Below are positions 12,374 through 24,300 of a stretch of 64,000 bases of DNA, in pieces. A program made the translations under genes and the position numbers. A model generated the notes under the pieces. The model worked only from the letters and a program-made list of their open reading frames with translations, did not search any database and was not told the DNA's origin. The DNA comes from Acanthaster planci (Eukaryota). How positions within the stretch are numbered: the first letter of the stretch is position 1; each line of letters opens with the position of its first letter. The stretch spans positions 3,268,646 through 3,332,645 of the forward strand of contig NW_019091355.1 of assembly GCF_001949145.1 (NCBI RefSeq), given 5' to 3'.

Positions 12374-15300
12374 GTAAGTCTCTCTCAAAACATCTTCAGA
12401 GTCCAAAGAAGTACCGGGACTTCCCATACCCCTCTGTACATAAGTCAGCTCCCAAGTCTTTTATTCTAATTTCCTCTTTTCTTACAGACCATTAGTGTGT
12501 GTGCAAAACAGTAGTGAGCAATAACAGCCTGTTTTGTGCATCAGTGCATTAGCTGTGATAGGGACTGGAGTATAACATTTTTCTTCAAGCTTTTTGTGGA
12601 GGTTCCTTGCAGGATATCTAAGGTTTCACCATTTTTAGGCTTAGAAGGGTTTGAACCCAAGAAATCAGTGGGGTTAGATACAGTGTCGTATCCATTTGCT
12701 AATGGCGGAGTTGTAACTAGTCAATAATTTTTCTGACTCAAGTCAGGTTGAGTCATTTCCTGGTGACTCAAGTCGAGGCGAGTCATTTACCCATCAAGAC
12801 TCGAGATGAGTCACGTTGCCAAAATTTGTGACTTGAGCTGGTACTCAAGTCGAGTCATTGACTCGTGTCATTACAACTCTGTTTTTAATGGATGCTGTCT
12901 TAGATTCCATACTCACTCTGACGGCATCGTCCACTGAAGCTGTGTACCTGTAAGCCTGGTCCGATTGTCCTTCAGCCTTTTCCCGACAAATTAATTTATT
13001 TTTAAGTCCAACACACAGTTTGGCTTCGTATCTTACAGACATGTAAGTTTTATTTTAATACACATCAGAAGAGGAGGGAAAATTGCCACATATGATGAGT
13101 TCTGACCTCATGGATTGAATGGGAACGATGCATTACAAGAGAACTTATCAAGCTTGAGAAATACGAGATGTACACAGCTTTTCATTACGAGTGCCGTATA
13201 TTTACACGTATGTTACCTGTGGCAGTGCATGTCATCTCTCTCCGCATGGCAGACCAATCACAATTTCACAAACATCTCATACCTTAACTGAGCCCAGTTG
13301 AGTTCTACCCACCGACTTTAATACGGGCAGCATGCGGGCGACCCCACTGCCCCACACTGTGAGCCAGTTTATTGCCATGTTATGATTGGCGAAGACACCC
13401 CCGAGAGATAACATCATTGCCTCGTCAGCACTCCACCGAAGAAGTTCTCCGCTCAGGCCGCAAAAATACCAAATCCAATTTTCGCCGTCACGTCATGCTA
13501 TGTAAATAGCCCGCTGGGGCCACCTGCGTGCGGGCATATCTCCACTGATAAACTTACTACACGGGGATTGGCTGCCCATAGAATTACCATACCATCGGTA
13601 AATTGTTGCAATTGATATCTAACCACCCCAAGATAATGTTGTAATTGCTGAGGGAAGGTGATTGCGATGGTCATCCCTTCCTCTGAGAGGGTAATATCAA
13701 GCAGTAGGGTGGAAGCCACAGTATTTTTGGTTGGGCCGAGGTCAAGTTCAACCCAGGTTGTTACTCAGTTTGACAGAGAATTTATTCGTGGCTCGATATT
13801 CTCTTTTCTCAATGCAGTTTTGGCTTTCGCAAATTGTGGAAATCGATTTTTAACTACCCTGAGATGTTATAATTGCAGGGGAAGGTGATTATGGAGGTTT
13901 CTCCACCTTCTGAGAGAGTAATGGCAAATAGTAGGATGGGAGCTACATTTTTTTAAAAACTTTGTCCAGGTCAAGTTTATTCTAGGTTTCTCAGTTGGAC
14001 AGAGGCTTCTCTGTGGCTTTGATTCTCTTAAGACAGCTCTTGCTTACATTGAGTTTGGAATGGATTGGGCGCTTAGCACCACAGCCATGCTTACAGCCAA
14101 GTACAATGAGGAAGGGATCTGAGCTGTGTAACTCCAAGGACTCTGCAGGGTTTTGTGTGATCAGAATCCCAGGATTCTTCTTGCACCTGTTTCGCGAGAT
14201 ACCACAGTAACCGGTACCTTAACTTGCCCCCTAGGGTTTGTGTGAAATCATATTGAAATTGGAGGATTGGGGACTGTTTGGCTAGGGGAATGTTCAACGC
14301 TGTGAAGCATGGTTCGTTCTTGACACAGATTTTGAAGCAAGCAAGTCCATAAGGATAAACTTTGAGCCCACTGAAATTCACTTAAAAGTGGAGTTGTTGT
14401 TGATGTCATGCATTTGTTAAGCACATCTCGAGACAGCAATGTTTGTATTCTTTCATGAGCACGCCGTTTGTTCCTAAAAGGATGCCATCAGGGAAATTCG
14501 CAACTTTGGTTCTTGCCATCACAACTTTGCCTGCAATTGGCGACATTTATTTTGAAGACAAAAATGTAAAATGGCACCAAAAATGGGGATGGAGGTTGGA
14601 GAACACAAAAGTCCCAACATTACAGTCAATTTCATTGCAGTATTGGAGAATTGCTGTGCTTCAGATCTCAAAGCCTGGGTTCCCATGCTGGACAAAAGGT
14701 GCCGCACAATCTCATCCACCAAATGCCTAAGTAAACATCGAGCAGTCCCAGTCAGATCCCCGGAAAATCTGCTGATGATCTTATTGTAAATATAACAGGA
14801 AGGTTCGGGGTCTCTACACCTGTTGGCTTCTGGCGCTGTCTGTCAGCATTCTCATCTGAGGTCCAACGACTCTCACGCAACTCCCCAAGTTTTGTCTTAC
14901 ATGTATTTTTACAGCTACCAAGCCCCCCTGTGAAATAAAGACCTGCTCTTTTAGCCGTGAAAGAGTTTTCCAAACAGCAAAATGTGGAATAGACAGCTTG
15001 CTGAATGGCAGAAGAGATATCAGCAGACCAGCACTGGCAATTCTCAACAAATTGATTGTCGGAAAACTCGGTGTCTAATCCCATGTTCCATGAGTGCACA
15101 GACAAAAAGAAGATGGAAACAGAAGGTTGTTTGAATTGGAACACCGGGCAGATAATTTATTTATTTTTTTTGACCCGTGCTGCAAGAGAACAAACAGTTC
15201 AGTCCCAAATCAACTCCAACTTTGTCTTGCAGACAAAGTTCTTGGGCCACATTTCTAAAAAAGTTTTTTGTGGTTTTTTTGTGGTGAAGAAGAGGAGATG

Positions 15301-18300
15301 AAACATACTGTCCACAATACAGATACATATATGTCCTGCAAATTGATTGGTCTGTCCAGCGATTAAAACCCAAAATCCAAACTCCAACTTACTGAAACCG
15401 ACCTGTGAAATATTATGATATGGGGGAAAAATAACAAGTTTCAAATCAAGGGTGATAACTCCACAAATGTACTTCAAATTACTCAATAGAGAAAAAGTAT
15501 CCCAGGACCTTTTTCCAATGATGACAATTTGTCCGGATCCTAAATCTTTTCTTGAGTGGCCACCTACTGTCCAGATTTGACCCCTGGTCTGGACTCTGCT
15601 GGTGTCCCTCTCAGGCTCTGAGCATCTAGCCTATTCCTGACCCACAGGAAGAGACCACTCTTGTTCTCAGGATACAACTGTTTCTAATCGTTTTCGGTTC
15701 AGTTCTGATTGGAGTTGACCGGTCAGTTTCGTTTTTCACCCAGAGTGGTGGGAACTACGGAGCTGAATTTTTGAGTCTTGATAGCTGAATTCAAAATATT
15801 CAACTGAAATTTTCAGCTGGTGTAGAAGTGCCAGTCAGTCAGCCCTTCACTGGAAAGTTTAAATTAAGCCACTCAGGGCAACCCACATGTTGAAAAACAG
15901 AAGCAGAAATGTTACTTCATGCATCTCTAGTTTATATACATGTACAGTGTACATAACACACAGCTTCAGCTGCTGGCACATAAACTTACTGCGCTTGCTT
16001 ATGGATGTGACATAGAAACTACATTACATTGCAAACTAAAAGATACATGTACTCAGTAAACCAATTATTTCTTTGGTTACTAAGTAATCATTTCTTATTT
16101 CTCATCTGTCCTTGTCTTCCCGAAACAGCTTGGAGGTGTTTTGATAGCTTAAGTTTAGGGGTACTTGCGGCTTTAAGGCCAACAGTATTGGACCTTGCCA
16201 ACTTTGCGGTTATTCAAGTCCACTTGATGTATGGCCAGTGATACATGGACTGTTTCTACTGCATTTGATGCAAGAGGGATCCCCTACAGGATCTGAATGT
16301 ATCAGTTGCGTGGTTGGGTGTACATGTACATGTCTTCATGTACAATCGGGTGTGAGAACAAATTTCACAAACGCCGGTGCCTTGTCATGAAATCTGTACT
16401 TGTTTGGTTAGGATTCGGCCAGTTGTTATTTCATGTTGATTTCAAATTGTGTGTTTGTGGAGCAGGGCTGCTGAATTCCACGCTATCACACACTACATGG
16501 AAAATATTTTCACCATTCAGACTAGTTATTCCTCATTGATGTACATGTAAAGAATTTGATGGGTTGTAAAGTGTTTCTCAAATATTTAAACTTGCTTTAC
16601 TATTAAACTAACTTAGGTATGCAATTCATGAACTAATAATCTGCATTAAAGTAACATTTCCAATTCTTAGTTCTGGTAAGTTCAATATTGTTCCAAATCC
16701 AACGCCAGCATGCAGGGTCTTTAAAGTCACAACAGTATGAGAAAAAATGTCCAATCCATTTTTTTTTTTGGGCTGTTGGCAGGGGCATGACTGCAGGGTC
16801 CTGGGGTTGAACAGTGTTATCAGCTGATATATTGGGGTTAACTCGACAAAACCTGTAGGGGTGCCATACCCCCACCCACTAGTCCCTTCATTACCCACCC
16901 TTTCCTATCCCCTCCCCCCCAAGATGGATGGAAGACACCTTCCTGGTACCCAAGCCATCTATCATCGGTAGTATTTTAATACATGCATGTACATGTGCCT
17001 CCCCTGGGAAGAAAGCGAAAAGCACTTGCCAGTCAATCAAAACTGTTTTTTCTCATGTTTTTCGCTCAAGGGGTTCGGGCCACATTGAGGCACCTTTAGT
17101 AACCTCAATAATTTCTAGGTATTGAAAACTGGTAACCCTACGCCTGAGGCGGATGTAATTCAATGAAGATACATTTCACACTGCACGTCACCATATCTAA
17201 GGTGCAAGAGGAGGTCATACGCCTTGTTATTAGCCAAGCCAACATGTAAGGGGTCCCTTGTAATCCATGGCTAAGGTTTGCTGACTCCATTTTCGTTTCT
17301 TGTCAAAATGGGGATGGAGTGTCTTGGGTGCAATTTTCACGTGGTGCCTACCACCTGTTTTTGCAAGTTGCAGGACAAAGTCATCAAGTTCCTGGTTTAT
17401 TATTATTCCATTCTACAGTGCTTCTGGCAATGTGTCGTCTTACCCAGATATCATTTGGGTGGAAGGGGGGGTTGCCATTTTTGACATTGGCAATGTTAAT
17501 TATAGTGCATGTTTCATTTGCTTGGTTACAAAGAACGTTTCTCTTTAATGCGATCGTGAGATTGTATTTGTAAATTAAAAAAAGTTCAGTCGTTTCTGTA
17601 AATGCATCACTCCTAGTATGATGTTTAAATTGAAAATATTTTGCTTGTTATTTCTCACTTTCGAACAGGGGGAAACGTTACGCATACAGCCCAACAGATG
17701 CTGCCCAGAATGTGCGCCCGGTGCAGGCTCCTGTGAATACCAAGGAGAAATAGTAGGGGTGAGTTCATTGGCTGATTGTCAGGTTTTAACAAGCAAGCTG
17801 ATTGGAGGGAATTGGTAGTCGAGCTATCGAAGGGGCATCGACATGAAAGGAAAAACCCCCAGAAAGGAGTCCTTCCACCATGCATACTGCAAATGATCAG
17901 CTGCGTGGATCAGTTATTGCTTAATGTGGCAATGAGCAACATCAGACCTGCTGAAAGTGCAGTTGGTTTTTACCAGCTTTTAGGGTTCGGGGTGATTTTT
18001 CTCTTGGCGGGAGCCAGATAGACCAACCTCACAAAATTAGCAAGTAATTTTTGTTCATTTTTCCATTAGTCGCATCTAGCCACCTGCCAAATGGGATTTC
18101 AAAGAATGGCTTACCATCTTGGATGTCTTTTAATTCCATTAAAAGTGGGAAGAGGGCAATTACATTTGTCCATTCTGAGGCATGATACCCTCTGGGTCAT
18201 CCAAATCTGTAATAGTACGGTACCTCATGTTCTTTCAGGCGTGTGAAGAGACAAAACACAAGACATGTTTTTTAAAGCTGTTCAGCTCTTCAGGAAACAT

Positions 18301-21300
18301 ACTTGTCTGTTTTCGGGGGGGGGGAGGAGCATGTAACCCCCCTTTTTTCAACCACTGATAATTGCACATTTCCCCATCTGAGAAAACAAGGGGAGAGGTT
18401 GTGGCTTCAGCTGTTACCCAAGAGGGTAACAGCTGAAGATTATGGGCAGAATTCCCCAGGATGGGGGACGGGGGCCTGGTCAGTTGAAGGGCAAGGAGGG
18501 AAGAAGGAATGGGGCAGATGATACCTCAGGGCATGGACCTGTCAAGTCTGCTGGAGCTCTGGTTGAGTGGAATTTATCAGGAAGTATTTACTTGTTCGGC
18601 CCACAAGGGTATCAGTTCCCCCCAGCTGTATATTCCATAAATTGAGGTTAGATTGAGAGCCAAAGTATCACCGCCTGATGAAACGTAATATTCTCTGAGA
18701 GTCTGGTGTGGGTGAACCTGTAAGTTTGTTGTAAATTGGTGCGGAAATGCGTAATTCAGAGCTTTCTTTACCAGGTATTTACAACTTCCATGTACATTGA
18801 TTCCCTGCTGTCATTCCAAAGTTCGTGCTCCCAGAGATATCATTTTGCAGAGATGATAGAAATGAAGTGCCCCGGAATTTGAGACAAGAGTCTTTGGAGT
18901 ACATGTACATGCATTTGCATTGCTTGCTGTTTGGGTACAGTTGTGGTTTATTCATGAGCATTCAAACTCATTCATTCAGAGCGAAACATAAGAACTTCAG
19001 ATATTGCAGGAACCTTACAAGGTTCCAATGGACCGATTATATGCTCTGTCCTTATGATTAGAACAGATGGTTTGAAACCTCTCAAAGACAGAAAATTCAC
19101 TCCTGAGTGTTAACTAGATTCATCGAAGGGTCCTTGGGAACAAGGAATGACACTGACAGACTCCTTAGGAATGCCAGCACAATGCCTGGTCTCTCAGCTC
19201 TGATCTACATGAAAACAAATCAATAAGATGGCCGGTAGCACCAGTGTTCACGAACTGGATGCCAGGGAATGACTCAGAGAGTTCACATATTTGTACACCA
19301 GTACCAGTAAGACTGCCTGAATCGATTGGAGTGGCTTTTGGCCAAAAGAGGACAGCATTGTGAGGAGGAAAGATTAAAGAGGGGATCAAGATGACGGATT
19401 AGTTTTCTTTTAAGGACAGTGCCCCCAGCCTTGGGCGATTGATACAGATGAAAGGTGACTGTTGATCACAACCTCAGTTATGTTCAGCTTGTTTGCACCA
19501 GAGGATTACACAGAAATGTACATGTAATCTCCCTGTCCCTTTTTGTCACTACCTTAACATGAAGGGCTTGTTGGTGATCACAACCCAGAACAATTACAGG
19601 TACATTTTGAGTGTTTTTACAAATATGACTCTATTACACTCTTCAAGAAAATCTAGCTGCATCTGCCCACATGTAGTTTTCAGTGGCGATACAAATGTGC
19701 CACAGTAAAATCCCACAAGATTAGAGAGGTTAATTCATCATAGGGCCACCAACATAGGGCTGGGGAGCTCAGTTGGTAGAGCACTGTAACGGTATTCCAG
19801 AGGCTGCAGGTTCAAATCCCGCTCCAGTCAATTTCTTTGTTCATCTTTATAATCATTCATAAGCACCTAGTCAGTTTCCCTATGTGAGTTGTTTCATGAT
19901 TTATGTTCAAAAAGACGCATCCTCTTTGAGTGATCCCTGTTCACCACTTCCCAGTTGTAATTGGGGTGTGATCCCTGGCTATATGGTGTTTCAGGTTTAA
20001 TGGCTTCTGGCTAACGCCCCCTGAAAAGAGATATTGACAAATGGGAAGAGCCACCAACATAGGGCTGGGTACCGGTAGCTCAGTTGGTAGAGCACTGGTA
20101 CTGTATTCCAGAGGCTGCAGGTTCAAATCCCCCGCTCCAGTCAATTTTTTTGTTCATCTTTATAATCATTGGTTTCCACAGTTTCAACCCACTGTTGCCC
20201 ATTCAGATCTGCGTAGTATCAGCATCAATTCAAATATTCGAAAGTTGAATCCAGTTTAGCTCTGCCTGTGAAGAAGTTTACCTTCTGTTCTGTCAGTTCT
20301 GTGCAGCAGCTGCCGAAATCAAAGTCATGTTCATGTTGGTGCTGAATCATTTGATGCCGATAACTTTCAAAATGTTTCCTTATTTATAAGTACACCGTGT
20401 GCATGTATGTATCTCGGACTCAATTGATTAAAACCATGGCAATGCCGAGAGTTGATGAGAGACATGTGAATGGACTTATAATTGTGCCCATGACTGGCCC
20501 TCCCGAAAACCTCCAGATCTTTGGAAAAGATCGACGCAATTCCTATCTTGGCTCAATGACTAATAGGATATGGATTAATCAGCGGGCTTCCCCTAAGACT
20601 GGAAGGTTGTTTGGTGGGTCACATGATGGGAGGGGGAGAGGAAGGAGTCGGGTGTTGATTGATCGGGGGGGGAGGGATTTTTAAAAGGGTCTGCACAAAC
20701 ACCGCATGATTGTCAGTTCCAGCAAATGTTGCCAACTTTTGCAAATCTGTTTTTTGACACTTTGGTATGGTAAGTTAGTGATGGAAGTTGAAGTGTCTGC
20801 ATTTAATAGAGCGCGCCTCAGATTGTCGGGTTCATGTCGGTGATCTAAGGGTGTCTGTAGTTGAATCTGTGGTTCTCATTTCAGGCCAACCCTTATTTTT
20901 GGCTACCTTTCACCTAAAATTCCCATGAGGAGTTTCAAGCGAGAGATCTGTCCATTGCATGTTTATATTAAGCTTAAGTGGACCAATTTAGCCTACATTG
21001 GTTCCTTCATTTTTATGGTCATGTCACTTTCAATCCTTAAAAGGCAGTTCACAGGAAGAAATACGGAAAGAAAAAAAACACACACAAAATAGGAACAGAA
21101 ATTTCCAATACAATGGAAATGATGGATGTGCCATTTCTTTATTGTGACTTGCCTATAAAAGCCACTGCCATCCCAGCTCATTCTTTGGAAGTAAAACATT
21201 CCATAAAGGCAGTCGAATCGAGTTGAAAGAGTTTTTCTTCTTCTGAATAAATCTGAGCCCACACACTGTCAGTGGACTCAATCTCATCACATGGCTGCAG

Positions 21301-24300
21301 ATCTATTCAAATTTCGTTGAAATCTCTCATGTTTGGTGACCAAAAAAAAACCTGCATCATGTTAATCCGTAGGATGATCCGCCAAGCGGAACACAGACAA
21401 TCATTCCGTTGCGCCGTGTTGGACAAAAAATGCCGCAGAGGTCCAGACAAGTGGGAAATGGTATTGTAACATTCTGGGAAGCATCTGAATGAACTTGCCG
21501 GCTCTGCATACCAGACACTGCCGAAAGCAACAGAACCTGCTTCTGTGTTGACATTACGTACTATTCACCCTCCAATCCCAAGCGGGGACGGACGGAAGTA
21601 GCACACTAGGAGAAGATCAAGTAGGCTTAGAATCCGAGGACACACCGCGGTCTGGGTTTTGGAAGGATGTTTTTTCTCTTTATTCTCACAAATTGGAATT
21701 GAAGGGAGGAAGATGTGATTTCAGTGATGAGTGGAACTACAGCTTGAGTTTTTACGGACTGTTGAAGAAATTTTGCATATTGGAAATCAATTTGGAACAT
21801 TTTGTCCTTGGTGACATCTGCATTCATCAGAATGTCGTACTGGACTGTATGACAAGATGAAGAGCTCAGTATGCTCCCTTGATTGCATGTGGATTAGGTA
21901 TTTTTAGATGGGTCAGGAAAATGGCCTTATGCTTCATTTTGTGGGATCAGGTGATAATGAATTGTGTTGAGTGTAAGAGGCAGGATTCAGATGTTTTTAT
22001 TACCGGTTTGGTTGTCTGTTCTTTCAGCTGTTTTCTCTCTCTGTCTTTGGTCCGTCTTTTATCACAGCACAACTCGCAGTGGAGTCTGTCACCCTGCCGT
22101 TCCTGCTATTGTAATAATGGGGTAGTCCAGTGCAGGAACCAGTCCTGCGGCATAACACAGTGCAGGCCGGGGGAGGTCCTACACCAGCTGCAGGACGAGT
22201 GCTGCCCAAGATGCATCCGGCCTGGCCGTAAGTTGCACGATCCCTCCCTCCCCCTTCTGTCAGACCCCGCCCATTCCCGGCAGCCTGTGTATGACATGCT
22301 GTGGGAGGAGTGCTGTCCAAGATTTGACCATCCGACTTGACCATGAGCGCACAAGGTCCTCCCTCAGTCCCGATCCTCACCACACCTTGCCCCACCCCCA
22401 CAACGTGTCTTTTTTTTGTCTAGTCCATATGGTTCAAATTCTTATGACGATATTAATTCAATCCCTTCTACTCCACGGTATGTACAAGGAAGCAACCTTG
22501 ATGTGATCTTTGATCTGTTTGTCAAGTAATCCTCAGGATCCTTTGGTGACATGAATTAAAATGTTTCTTTCGTCAGTCGTTTCAGGTCCCCTCCTCTTGC
22601 TCTTCCCCTTGGGAGAAATTATTTTCTTAGTTCTTTGAGATGTACTGTCTAGTCAGTGCTAATTTGCCATTGCATTTCTACGTTGTTACAGGGTCGTGTA
22701 CATATAGGGGTGTACCATACAGGGATGGGGCCGAGTGGTCGCCGGTCAAGTGCACCAAGTGCAGATGCGACAACGGCATGTCTCGCTGTTTCGTGGCGGA
22801 CTGCCCACCGTTATTCTGTGGTCAGGTAAGTTGAATATCTGAAAAGGAGCCCGTATCATTTGTGTACTGTGCTCTTGGTTTTTCCTGTGCTCATCCCAAG
22901 CAGTTTGCCTGTTTCTTTTCTCCATAACCTGCTCTGCCAGGTACCCGAATAATCACTGCACCGTTAAACCCTGTGAGGTTGAACTGATTGCAGGATCCAA
23001 TGTTTTTTCTCCCCCTGCCCTCACAGAATGAAGAAGCAGTAACTCCACCAGGCAAGTGCTGTCCTGAGTGCGTAGGACAGTCCTGTGAATTAGATGGCTT
23101 AATTTATAAAGTAAGTGCCGCTGCAACACATCCTCGTGAATGCGCTGTTCAATTTGTTTTTTTGGCAGCATTTTAGTCTGCCCGTGAATACTGGACATTC
23201 GTAATCTTTCATCCTTTTGCTATCTGGCTGGCAGAATGATTTTGAAGTTGGTGGGGCTGGTTTCAGAGCAACGACTAGTAAAATTGAAGGCAGTGAAATT
23301 TTTTACCCAAAATCGATCATCGATTTAAATGACAACAGTGAACATCCTTCCCACTACACTTCAAATTTTGAGAAAAAAGGTAACTCGAGCGAGCTGAAGT
23401 GTTGGGGGTCTAACCAGAAGTCATTCAACTTTGAGTGAGGTCATTTGATTTTGATCTGAAATTTTAAGTTAATTTGTAACTTTCTTCCGCATGTAAAAAC
23501 CGTCATTTTGAAATCCCAGATTCTTTATATCAATTGGTCACCGGCTGTGCCCAGTTAAACTACTGGTGCTTATTCAACCAGCTATGTGTTATAAATGCAA
23601 CCAAAGCAGTGAATAGACAACTGCCATTTTGGAACGTAGGTTAAAACACAGGTACAGATTTCCTGGAGAAATGGTGACCGGCTGTTGCATTTTTGGTGGG
23701 TTTTGTTTGTTTGTTTTTTTGGCAGGATGGGTCGCAGTGGCAAGCGGACCCTTGTACATATTGTAAATGCTACGCCGGCAGCATAGAGTGCAAGCAACTG
23801 CGCTGTGCACAAGACTTCACGTGTAGACAGGTACGTACATCCTCTCTCACGTCTCGGGCACAGCGATTCGGGGCTGGTGCTGGCTGTTCATTTCTCATAT
23901 TTGCCAGTCTGAGCTGTGTTATCGGTAGCGCTTGGCCGTGGGTGGCTCGCCCCGTTGTCGGTTAAATATTGTGCGGTTAGGCACCTGCAAAAAATTGCAG
24001 CAAAAGTTGCACCACCTCTTGGAATATTTGAGCAGAAAGTCACGTGTTCAATGTTGCGGTCATTTATTGGACCAAGATTCGGCCCAGCTAACCCAATGAG
24101 AAAACAACATTGACAGGGGGCGAGGGGAGGCATGCCCCAACGAGATTTGTCCAGGATGGTAGATGCAAATGTGTTTACTGACATGCGTCACTGCTGTGAT
24201 GTTAGAGATTCTTTTAACTTAGCATTGAGATTTTTATATGTCATTTGAAAGCAAGACTCCGGTATTTATTGCTAGTGATGTGACTGCTGAATCTCTGCTC

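Noticed and set aside
19757..20143. Functional tRNA genes
   Set aside because: Copies differ by indels in the acceptor, anticodon and T arms and are embedded in a larger repeated unit; treated as tRNA-derived repeats.
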